Assembly: GCA_963806975.1 (NCBI GenBank)
Contig: CAWEAK010000022.1
Location: 68,529-132,528 of the forward strand
DNA length: 64,000 nucleotides
DNA from: an uncultured Spirochaetota bacterium
GTDB lineage: Bacteria; Spirochaetota; Brevinematia; Brevinematales; JAOACQ01
Reading direction: 5' to 3'
Under the pieces are notes generated by a model. It saw only the letters and a list, made by a program, of their open reading frames with translations. It searched no databases and was not told where the DNA came from. The position numbers were made by a program, and so were the translations under genes. Positions within the stretch are counted from its first letter, which is position 1; every line of letters begins with the position of its first letter. Of the stretch, positions 9,351-17,853 are shown piece after piece.

Positions 9351-10787
9351 ATGAAATTAAAGGATCCAAAGAGGTATCTTTTATATATAATATTTATTGG
9401 TTTATTCATTATTTTATCCAGTGTTTTCGGTTATTTATCCTTTTTTACAGAAAACGGATTCTATAGTATATTGTTTAATAAATTAAAAATAATATGCGGA
9501 ATCTTTATATTGAATTTCTTTGTTATACTTCTCTATTATTTAATATTTAAGATTAGAAATATGAAATTTGTTGAAACAGATGAATATAAAAATAACAGTA
9601 AAAAATATCTGACGGTTTTTATAGGAATATCAATAATTTTCTCGATATTGATTTTTATATTGAGATTTACCTATCAGGAAAAGACTGCTTCTCATATTAT
9701 AATAATTCTTTCTTTTATCATATACCTTTTTTTAACAGGTCTAATCGGATACTCGGCTTTCCGGAATATATTAATAAATGAGAGAGGTAAAATAACACCT
9801 TTTAACTTTTACCGGTACTATACAGTGCTTGGAAGCGGAATAGCGGCTATTATTCTTATTGTGGTAGAGATATCAATATCTTTTTTTACAAATAAAGAGA
9901 TATTAATTAAGACAGGATCTTATTATATGTACGGTATTTCATTGCTTTCCCTTGGCTTAAGTTTGAATCTTATTTTTGAATATCTGGAGGTTTTAACCCG
10001 TGCCAACGAAGCGAATAAAAAACTCTTGGATTTAAACAAACAGATGATGTATGAGGTAAGAACAGCTCAATCATTACAGATTTCATTACTTCCCCTGGAT
10101 AAACAGAAAATTATTCAAAACTTTATTGATATGGAAATTTCTTATATGCCAATGCAAAGCGTGGGTGGTGATTATTACGATTTTTACAAGCTTGACGACA
10201 AAAATATTCTTATTTTTCTTGGAGACGCTTCAGGACATGGAGTATATGCCGCTATGATCTGGGCAATTCTTAAAGTGGAGGTTGAAGAATTAATTGAAGA
10301 TAATCTATTTAACAACCTGTCACAGGCTTTCACACTATTAAATCAAAGAATAACAAGAATCCTTGAAAACACATATTCTTACGCAACATTATTTTCTCTT
10401 CTTATCAATCTTGAGAACAGGACAGTAAGTTATATTTCTGCCGGGCATCCGGACCAGTTTTATTTTTCGCTTCAGAATCAAACACTTAATAAGATTAGAA
10501 ATAAAAATCCCATTATAGGCATATTCCGGAATGCAAAATTCAATGCCGATACTATTGCCTGCGGTAATGGGGATATTATACTTATGTTCAGCGACGGGAT
10601 TGTTGAAGGCACAAATCCAGATGGAGAACTGCTTGGTAAGGAAAAATTGGAAGAATATTTTTCGGAAGCCTGTAAAACGGATGGAAATGCAACTATAATA
10701 ATAGGGGATATTCTGCTGAAATTGGAAGATTTTTTTGAAGGCACTATTCAGAAAGATGATAGAACACTTATGGTAATAAAACTTTGA
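9351..10787 (+). CDS. multi-pass membrane PP2C-type serine phosphatase (SpoIIE/RsbU family)
   Basis: About 7 N-terminal TM helices are followed by a PP2C domain: GGDYYDFY, GDASGHGVYAAM, FSDGIVE, DDRTLMVIKL. The true start may be 9254, via a frame change in an A5 run (see findings). Confidence 0.8.
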   Translation: MKLKDPKRYLLYIIFIGLFIILSSVFGYLSFFTENGFYSILFNKLKIICGIFILNFFVILLYYLIFKIRNMKFVETDEYKNNSKKYLTVFIGISIIFSILIFILRFTYQEKTASHIIIILSFIIYLFLTGLIGYSAFRNILINERGKITPFNFYRYYTVLGSGIAAIILIVVEISISFFTNKEILIKTGSYYMYGISLLSLGLSLNLIFEYLEVLTRANEANKKLLDLNKQMMYEVRTAQSLQISLLPLDKQKIIQNFIDMEISYMPMQSVGGDYYDFYKLDDKNILIFLGDASGHGVYAAMIWAILKVEVEELIEDNLFNNLSQAFTLLNQRITRILENTYSYATLFSLLINLENRTVSYISAGHPDQFYFSLQNQTLNKIRNKNPIIGIFRNAKFNADTIACGNGDIILMFSDGIVEGTNPDGELLGKEKLEEYFSEACKTDGNATIIIGDILLKLEDFFEGTIQKDDRTLMVIKL

Positions 10788-10805
10788 TTATTGAGGTAGC
10801 TAAAC

Positions 10806-11381
10806 ATGGATACTAAAAGCATTTTAATATGCGGGGTAGGTGGACAGGGTATAATCCTCGCTTCAGATATATTATCTTTTGCCCTTTTTAAAAAAGGTTT
10901 TGATGTTAAAAAAAATGAAATTCATGGTATGAGTCAAAGAGAAGGCTCTGTTGTTAGTTTTATAAGATACGGTGATAAGGTATATTCACCTGTTATTTCA
11001 CAGGATGAAGCGGATTTCATTTTAAGTTTTGAGAAACTCGAAACTCTTAGGAATTATAATTACTTAAAAAAAGGCGGCTGTGTTGTGATGAATAATCTTG
11101 AAATACCCCCGACGCCAGTCAGGTTAAGCTTGATGGAGTATCCAAAAGATATAGAATTGATGATTCAAAAAAAGGCAGAAATTTTAAAAATTGTTGATGC
11201 ATTTGAATCAGCAAAAAAGATCGGGAATGCAAAAGCGGTTAATGTCATACTTCTGGGAGTTTTATCGAATTATATTGAAAATATCGATAATTCCATCTGG
11301 GAAGATTCTATAAAAACTTTCGTAAAAGAAAGATATCAAGCCTTGAACTTAGAGGCTTTTGAGATTGGAAGGAGACTTTAG
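10806..11381 (+). CDS. iorB: indolepyruvate:ferredoxin oxidoreductase, beta subunit
   Basis: 191 aa PFOR-gamma-type domain with ILICGVGGQGIILASDIL. Confidence 0.8.
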   Translation: MDTKSILICGVGGQGIILASDILSFALFKKGFDVKKNEIHGMSQREGSVVSFIRYGDKVYSPVISQDEADFILSFEKLETLRNYNYLKKGGCVVMNNLEIPPTPVRLSLMEYPKDIELMIQKKAEILKIVDAFESAKKIGNAKAVNVILLGVLSNYIENIDNSIWEDSIKTFVKERYQALNLEAFEIGRRL

Positions 11382-11390
11382 GAGGTTTAT

Positions 11391-12710
11391 ATGAAAAGAA
11401 ATTTTCCACATCCGATATGGAATGAAGAAATGGAAACAATGGATAGGGAAGTTAGAAAATCACTTCAAACTTACCACTTAAAAGAGCTTGTCTGGTATGT
11501 TTATGAAAATGTGCCTTTTTACAAGAACAAATTTGATGAAATGAAAATTAAACCTGGTGATATCAAATCTATTGATGATATTACCCGTCTTACCTTTACA
11601 ACAAAGATGGATTTGCGGGATAATTATCCCTACAAGCTCTTTGCTGTTCCTATGGAACAGATTGTACGAATACATGCGTCGAGCGGAACAACTGGTAAAC
11701 CGACGGTCGTAGGTTATACAAAAGAAGATATTGAAATCTGGTCGGAAGTAATGGCAAGGTCACTAACCGCATCCGGCGTAACCAAGCATTCCATCGTACA
11801 GAATGCCTATGGTTACGGTCTTTTTACAGGCGGGCTTGGTATTCATTACGGAGTAGAAAAAATCGGGGCATCAGTTATCCCGATCTCAGGTGGAAATACG
11901 GCAAGACAGATCCTCATCTTAGAAGATTTTGGATCAGATATTTTAACGTGCACCCCTTCATATTCACTTTATCTTGCTGAAGAAGCAGAGAAGAAGGGGA
12001 TTAATTTCTCAAAACTTAAGTTAAAATATGGTATATTTGGTGCTGAACCCTGGACTGAGGCTATGCGTAAAGAAATAGAAAAAAGACTTCCGATTAAGGC
12101 CCTCAATATTTATGGGCTTTCAGAAATTATCGGCCCCGGTGTTGCAAACGAATGCCAGTTCCAGTGCGGACTCCATATTTTCGATGATCATTTCTATCCG
12201 GAGATAATAAATCCGATAACCGGTGAAAATGTAAAAGACGGCGAACAGGGAGAACTTGTCATAACAACCCTGACCAAGAAGGGAATTCCGCTTATCCGCT
12301 ACCGGACAAGAGACCTCACCCGCATAATACCTGGGGAATGCAAGTGTGGAAGGACACACCCCAGAATTGACAGGATTATGGGTAGAAGTGATGATATGTT
12401 AATAATCCGCGGCATCAATGTATTTCCTTCCCAGATAGAAGAGGTACTTGTTCAAATTGAAGAAGTTTCGCCCCATTACCAGTTAATCGTTGAAAGGGAA
12501 CACAATCTGGATGTCCTCACGGTTATGGTTGAGGTCAGTCCAAAGGTTTTCTCCGATGAAATAAAAGGGCTTGAAACCCTGGAAAAAAAGATTCTACACG
12601 AAATAGAAAATGTTTTAGGTATATCCGTCAAAGTAAAGCTGGTTGAGCCTAAAACAGTAGAGAGAAGCGAAGGAAAAGCGAAAAGGATCGTAGACAAACG
12701 GCAGATTTGA
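11391..12710 (+). CDS. paaK: phenylacetate-CoA ligase
   Basis: AMP-binding motif [11 protein letters not shown]. The overall PaaK layout is present ([23 protein letters not shown]). An AGGAGG RBS precedes the start. Confidence 0.85.
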   Translation: MKRNFPHPIWNEEMETMDREVRKSLQTYHLKELVWYVYENVPFYKNKFDEMKIKPGDIKSIDDITRLTFTTKMDLRDNYPYKLFAVPMEQIVRIHASSGTTGKPTVVGYTKEDIEIWSEVMARSLTASGVTKHSIVQNAYGYGLFTGGLGIHYGVEKIGASVIPISGGNTARQILILEDFGSDILTCTPSYSLYLAEEAEKKGINFSKLKLKYGIFGAEPWTEAMRKEIEKRLPIKALNIYGLSEIIGPGVANECQFQCGLHIFDDHFYPEIINPITGENVKDGEQGELVITTLTKKGIPLIRYRTRDLTRIIPGECKCGRTHPRIDRIMGRSDDMLIIRGINVFPSQIEEVLVQIEEVSPHYQLIVEREHNLDVLTVMVEVSPKVFSDEIKGLETLEKKILHEIENVLGISVKVKLVEPKTVERSEGKAKRIVDKRQI

Positions 12711-12760
12711 AGATTACTACATAAACTTTTATTAGTCATTTACAAAAAAGGAGGGTTTTT

Positions 12761-13189
12761 ATGGTAAAACAGGTTTCTATTTTTCTTGAAAACAGGACAG
12801 GAAGGCTTCATGAAGTTACAAGCCTTTTATCGGAAAAAAACTTAAATATAAGGGCACTATCTGTCGCGGATACATCTGATTTCGGTATTTTAAGGCTTAT
12901 TGTTGACAATCCCGATAAGGCGATCGATGTTTTAAAGGATGCAAATTATACTGTCTCTTCTACCGATGTCGTTGCTGTGGAAGTTATGGACAAACCTGGC
13001 GGCCTTGCTAAAATCCTTGGGGTTTTCGACCAGAATAATATCAATGTTGAATATATGTATGCCTTTTTAGCGAAAATACCCGATAAAGCGGTTTTAATTT
13101 TCAGATTTGACGATAATAAGGCCGTAATAGAAAAGCTGAAGGGAAAGGATATAAAGCTTATTGAAGCGAAAGAACTTTACAGCCTTTAA
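12761..13189 (+). CDS. ACT domain-containing protein
   Basis: 142 aa with two ACT-like halves (VSIFLENRTGRL...; VAVEVMDKPGGLAKI). This is the usual partner of ior/paaK clusters in anaerobes. Confidence 0.75.
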   Translation: MVKQVSIFLENRTGRLHEVTSLLSEKNLNIRALSVADTSDFGILRLIVDNPDKAIDVLKDANYTVSSTDVVAVEVMDKPGGLAKILGVFDQNNINVEYMYAFLAKIPDKAVLIFRFDDNKAVIEKLKGKDIKLIEAKELYSL

Positions 13190-13372
13190 TAAACAAACTC
13201 CACAACCTTTTAATACAGAATAGTTCGACTAAGAAGTTTCATTTTTTATTATATCCAAATTTTGCTAAATCTTTTAAAGTTTAATAGAATAATCTAGTTA
13301 GATTTTGCTTTTTTGCTAAAATAAAAAGGAAGCATTATTCGTTATGAATTATAGTTATGGTAAGGTGGTATA

Positions 13373-14677
13373 ATGAAAAGTCCGCTTGTAAAAAACAGCC
13401 TCAGAGGTATCAAAATGAATATGTATAGAATTATTATAATAGCTACAGTACTTTCGGCTTTAGTTTCCTGCATGAATGCTCCCAGCAAGGGGGAATCTTT
13501 ATTACTGAAAAATCTTAATGATAAAGAGAAATCAGCTATTCTGAGCGATAAAGGCATTCGTATGTATAAGAATATGACCGATAAAGATGACGCTTCTTTA
13601 GCTCCAGATATCCGGGGTGTTTTTGAAGAATCTTTAAAATATGACCCGGCTAATAAAGATGCTGGAGATTATTTAACAAAAATCTCAAAATATGTAAATG
13701 AATATACCTCAAATAATATTAGCCTAGCTAAAAAGAACATGGAAAAAAAACAGGGTAGGACTGATGATGATGATTATTCGCTCTGTGTTTTACTTCAGAA
13801 AACTTACAAAGCAGATCCTTCAAACAAGGATGTCATTGCTTTTAAAAACAATACTAAAGATATACGTGAAAATCTTGCAAAAAAAATGCTTCTTGATGGA
13901 GATTCTCAATTAATCCTGGCAAAAAAAGATAAGACTAATCAGGAAAAAACATCTGTTTCTGCAATAGAGAAATTTGATAAAGCTATCTCTCTCGGGTCAT
14001 CTCTCGACGGTACATTATCATCAAAAAGAACTGAGGCTGTAAATATACTTTCAGTTATTATTGAAAAGAATATTGACGGAACAAAGAAATTAATTGCACA
14101 AAACAATTTCAAAGATGCTGAAACTAATATAAAAACATTAATTAAAAATAATGAATATTCGAATCATAAATATGATGATGCCCTTGTAAATCTTCAATAT
14201 GAGCTGTATTTTACATGGTCTAATAATCTTTTTTCATTAAATAAAATTGATTCGGCTTCTGAGAAAATTGATGCGGCATTAAAATTTAAACAGACTCCAG
14301 AAGCACAAAGTCTTCAGGCTAAAATTCAGGAAAAAAAGAATAAGGCCAATGTAGCCGGATCATTTAATTCATGGCTTTCTGAAATTGATGATCTTATCGC
14401 ACAAAAAGATTTTGTATCGGCTGTTAAAAAAATTAACAGTATTGAGGGAAAGGTCAAAGAGAAAGACAGGAAAAGCCAGCTGACAGATAGGAAAAATATT
14501 ATGAAATCACAGATTGATACTATTTATACTGAAGCCGTTACTGATTTTGTTAATGAGAATTATACAAATGCGATTAAGGGTTTTCAAAATATACTGGCAT
14601 TAGAACCAAATTATAAGGATGCTAAGAATTATCTCGAAAAGGCAAAATCAAAGACAAAAATATTGGAATCTTATTAA
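13373..14677 (+). CDS. hypothetical lipoprotein with C-terminal TPR-like repeats
   Basis: AAGGTGG RBS. Signal peptide ending ALVSC. The C-terminus YTNAIKGFQNILALEPNYKDAKNYLEKA is TPR-like. Confidence 0.4.
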   Translation: MKSPLVKNSLRGIKMNMYRIIIIATVLSALVSCMNAPSKGESLLLKNLNDKEKSAILSDKGIRMYKNMTDKDDASLAPDIRGVFEESLKYDPANKDAGDYLTKISKYVNEYTSNNISLAKKNMEKKQGRTDDDDYSLCVLLQKTYKADPSNKDVIAFKNNTKDIRENLAKKMLLDGDSQLILAKKDKTNQEKTSVSAIEKFDKAISLGSSLDGTLSSKRTEAVNILSVIIEKNIDGTKKLIAQNNFKDAETNIKTLIKNNEYSNHKYDDALVNLQYELYFTWSNNLFSLNKIDSASEKIDAALKFKQTPEAQSLQAKIQEKKNKANVAGSFNSWLSEIDDLIAQKDFVSAVKKINSIEGKVKEKDRKSQLTDRKNIMKSQIDTIYTEAVTDFVNENYTNAIKGFQNILALEPNYKDAKNYLEKAKSKTKILESY

Positions 14678-14753
14678 ATTTTCGCTTTCATTTCTATTTA
14701 TACCAACTTGCATTCAAAAAGAGTGTTAACGAACTTTTAAATGCTTACTTGGT

Positions 14754-14803
14754 ATTATACTGAGTTCTTTATTAATATTAATTTGATTACAACTCAGTAT
14801 AAT
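14754..14803. promoter_or_regulatory. 13-bp perfect inverted repeat (ATTATACTGAGTT-N24-AACTCAGTATAAT) 40 nt upstream of the next gene
   Basis: Read directly: 14754-14766 is the exact reverse complement of 14791-14803. The right arm contains TATAAT. Confidence 0.3.
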
Positions 14804-14843
14804 TGAAAAACAAGGGAAATTGTCTGATTTGAGAGGAGTTTTT

Positions 14844-15312
14844 ATGAACAATCTTGAAAAGGAAATACTGGAGTTAGAGATTCAGGAAAAAGAACTGCAA
14901 TTTAATTCATTTTCAAATAGCGATGCTCTGAATATCGGGTTGAAGCTGATCGAAAAAGCCCGCCAGGAAAAAAAATGCATTACTATTGACATAACAAGGT
15001 CCGGTCAGCAGTTATTCCATTATGCCTTTGAAGGCACTTCATCGGATAATGACCAGTGGATAATTCGAAAAAAATAATGTTGTACATCACTTTGCCAAGA
15101 GTTCTCTTCATGTCGGTCTTATCTTAGAGCGTGATAAAAAATCAATCGAAGAAATATTTTATATAAGTCCGATGGAATACTCCGCGCATGGAGGAGCATT
15201 CCCTATCATTATAAAAAATACGGGTGTAATAGGAGCTATAACGGTCTCCGGACTTTCTCAGAAAGAAGACCATGCTCTTGTGGTCAGCGTAATCAGGGAA
15301 TATCTCAAATAA
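14844..15312 (+). pseudogene. heme-degrading-domain/UPF0303-like protein, reading frame broken in an A7 run
   Basis: Frame 0 gives MNNLEKEILELE...[10 protein letters not shown] and stops at 15075-15077. The +1 frame continues [23 protein letters not shown]...[39 protein letters not shown] to 15312. Together they form one about 155-aa protein. GAGAGGA RBS lies before ATG 14844. Confidence 0.6.
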
Positions 15313-15341
15313 ATATGATTAATAGTTTTACAGGAGGGTTT

Positions 15342-15821
15342 ATGAGGAAACTTGGTTTATTGGTTTGTCTGATATTTTTATTAATATCCGGTTCTCTTTT
15401 TTCTAAAAGTGATACAATGGGAATGACCTCTGTAGGTATTTATGGTAATTTACTTGGCAGCGGAACCGGGACACTTGGAAGCGGTATTGGGGCAACAGTT
15501 AAATTTGGGAATTTTCCTGTAATTGGTGCCGAATGGATGTTTGGCAACTCTTCAAGAATTGCTGTCAGCTGTGATTATTGGGTTATCAATAACAAATTAT
15601 CAGGCCCTTTATGGTATTACCTTGGTCTTGGCGCTTATGCCGGATTTGGTTTAGGCGGACAGAGTGCAAGCATTGATTGTGGAGGAAGGATTCCAATTGG
15701 TATCCAGATCATGCCTTTAAAGAAATTTGAGATTTTTGCAGAGGTTGCGCCTCTTGTGGCAGTATTACCGACAATCAGCATAGGTTATTCTATTCGTGCC
15801 GGTTTTAGGATCCATTTTTAA
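15342..15821 (+). CDS. small Gly-rich outer-membrane beta-barrel-like protein
   Basis: GGAGGG RBS before ATG 15342. Signal peptide MRKLGLLVCLIFLLISGSLFS. Alternating G/aromatic strands, ending in RIHF. Confidence 0.4.
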   Translation: MRKLGLLVCLIFLLISGSLFSKSDTMGMTSVGIYGNLLGSGTGTLGSGIGATVKFGNFPVIGAEWMFGNSSRIAVSCDYWVINNKLSGPLWYYLGLGAYAGFGLGGQSASIDCGGRIPIGIQIMPLKKFEIFAEVAPLVAVLPTISIGYSIRAGFRIHF

Positions 15822-15831
15822 AAGCATACCT

Positions 15832-15862
15832 AGGAGCTGTCTAAAAATTTTAGGCAGCTCCT
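15832..15862. terminator. bidirectional intrinsic terminator hairpin between convergent genes
   Basis: AGGAGCTGTCTA-AAAATTT-TAGGCAGCTCCT forms a 12-bp stem with one G-U pair, followed by TTTCTTT. Confidence 0.6.
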
Positions 15863-15888
15863 TTCTTTAAAATACATATCGAATATTA

Positions 15889-17253
15889 TCATTTTTCTTC
15901 ATTAATGCCTATACCATATTCCTCAAGCTTCCTGAGAAGCGTCTTCCTTCCAATGTTAAGGATTTTAGCTGCCTTTGATTTATTCCAGTTTGTATAATCA
16001 AGCGTGGTAAATATAGCCTTTTTCTCGATTTCATAAAGAGTTGTTCCGGCTTCTACTGTGAAGCTCTTACCGATTATGTTACCTTTTATGTTTTCCGGAA
16101 TCATATCCTCCGTAATGATATCTCCATGATTAAGAACAACGATATTCTCAATTAAGTTTTGAAGTTCCCTGACATTTCCAGGCCACTGATAATTCTCAAG
16201 GATTTTAATGGCCTTAGGTTGTATTGATTTAATATTACGTTCATATTTATTTGAATAATAATTAATAAAATGTTCAGTAAAGAGAGGAATGTCTTCCTTT
16301 CTCTCGCGAAGAGGTGGAATCTGGATATTTACAATATTAAGACGGTAATAAAGATCCTCACGAAATTTACCTTCATCCACTCTCTTCAATAAATCCTTAT
16401 TTGTTGCTGTAATAATTCGGATATTTACCTTTTGTGTTTCCTCTCCTCCAACTCTGTCAAATTCCTGCTCCTGCAGGACCCGTAATAACTTTACCTGGAC
16501 ATTTTGAGAAATTTCTCCTATTTCATCCAGAAAAATAGTACCCCCGTCGGCCAGTTCGAACCTTCCTTTTTTACGCGCTATGGCTCCTGTAAAAGCGCCC
16601 TTTTCATGACCAAAAAGTTCGCTTTCGAGAAGGCTTTCGGGAAGCGCTGCACAATGTACTTTAATAAAAGGCCCTTTCGATCTCCTGCTGTTGATCTGAA
16701 TACTATTAGCAATTACCTCTTTTCCTGTACCGCTCTCTCCTGTAATTAAAACAGAAGCATCTGTAGGGGCAACCTGTTTTATTATCTGAATAATTTTCTG
16801 GAATGGTTTAGAATTGCCTATAATATTTTTAAAGCTATACTTTTCCTCAACCATTTCTTCAAGCTGATTTTGCCTAGTTCTTCTTTGGGTCTCTTCAATT
16901 GCCCTTTTTAATATGAGTGAAAGTTTATCAATATTAATCGGCTTTGTGAGAAAGTCATAAGCCCCATGTTTCATAGCATCAACGGCTTCATCAACTCCTC
17001 CATGACCCGTCAAAATGATTATTGGCGCTTCATTGTTTATCGCATAGGCCTGTCTTAAAAAATCCATACCGCCCAGATTAGGCATTTTTAAATCAAGAAT
17101 TACGGCATCCGCTCCTATGGTTTTCAACTTATCCATGCCATCCATACCATCCTCTGCGGCAATTACATCAAAACCTTCCATCTTTAATCCGCTTCTTAAT
17201 CCCTCACGTATATTCTTCTCATCATCAATTACTAATATATTCTGCCTACCCAT
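15889..17253 (-). CDS. sigma-54-dependent response regulator (NtrC/AtoC/Rrp2 family enhancer-binding protein)
   Basis: Receiver domain (ILVIDDE, ILDLKMP). AAA+ domain with Walker A GESGTGKE and the GAFTGA loop (EKGAFTGA). C-terminal Fis-type HTH KSKAAKILNIGRKTLLRKLEEYGI. Confidence 0.9.
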   Translation of the reverse strand: MGRQNILVIDDEKNIREGLRSGLKMEGFDVIAAEDGMDGMDKLKTIGADAVILDLKMPNLGGMDFLRQAYAINNEAPIIILTGHGGVDEAVDAMKHGAYDFLTKPINIDKLSLILKRAIEETQRRTRQNQLEEMVEEKYSFKNIIGNSKPFQKIIQIIKQVAPTDASVLITGESGTGKEVIANSIQINSRRSKGPFIKVHCAALPESLLESELFGHEKGAFTGAIARKKGRFELADGGTIFLDEIGEISQNVQVKLLRVLQEQEFDRVGGEETQKVNIRIITATNKDLLKRVDEGKFREDLYYRLNIVNIQIPPLRERKEDIPLFTEHFINYYSNKYERNIKSIQPKAIKILENYQWPGNVRELQNLIENIVVLNHGDIITEDMIPENIKGNIIGKSFTVEAGTTLYEIEKKAIFTTLDYTNWNKSKAAKILNIGRKTLLRKLEEYGIGINEEK

Positions 17254-17516
17254 TTTGATACACCTCTGTATATTTAATTCATATTATATATCAATATAAC
17301 ACAAACGTCAAGGGGCACTGTCCCCTATGCCGCAACCGCTTATTTTCATTGGAAATCAATATTGATTCCGAAAAAACGAAGGCTGTACTTTTTCCAGCCA
17401 GTAATGTTACACTTTTTGGGAAGAATAAAGAGATTTCAACAAAAATGAATGGAATTACATCAGCCCTTTAAATTTTAGAATCCATTGAAGTTGAGCAAAG
17501 CGAAAATTAAGAATTA

Positions 17517-17830
17517 TCATATTAACTGAAGATTATTATTAGTCCAGGATATTAAACCTTCATTTATATTATAAAACCGTCTGAAGTGAAATTCTTTAAA
17601 TACTTCAAGCGCTTCAGCCGAACGCCTTCCGCTTCGGCAGTAGATGCGGTATTCATTGTTTTTATTAAAATCCGGATTGTTTCGATTATCCTGGATAATC
17701 TGATAGGCTTCCTTTGCATTAATAGTTTGTATTATCTGTGTTTCATTTTTTACAGAAGTATCTTTTTATAACAATTGATGTAGAGAGTTGTTAACAGCAA
17801 TATGATTATAATAACTCCGGTTTTTCTCAT
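17517..17830 (-). pseudogene. rhodanese-like lipoprotein remnant (frame-shifted and internally shortened)
   Basis: The minus strand has an AGAGGT RBS, then ATG 17830 and MRKTGVIIIILLLTTLYINCYKK, then a stop. The adjacent frame continues DTSVKNETQIIQTINAKEAYQIIQDNRNNPDF..NKNNEYRIYCRSGRRSAEALEVFKEFHFRRFYNINEGLISW. It keeps the CRSGxRS active-site loop but lacks the usual about 40 aa between the first helix and the active site. Confidence 0.45.
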
Positions 17831-17853
17831 ATTTACCTCTATTTGACAAAAGC

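Noticed and set aside
15066-15078. Programmed +1 ribosomal frameshift at AAA-AAA-TAA, by analogy with RF2.
   Set aside because: There is no upstream Shine-Dalgarno-like stimulator, the family has no known recoding, and several other homopolymer breaks in the window argue for indels.
17304-17325. GGGGCAC...TATGC resembling a -24/-12 promoter upstream of the NtrC-like gene region.
   Set aside because: The GG to GC spacing is 3 nt too long, and the orientation points away from any nearby start codon.
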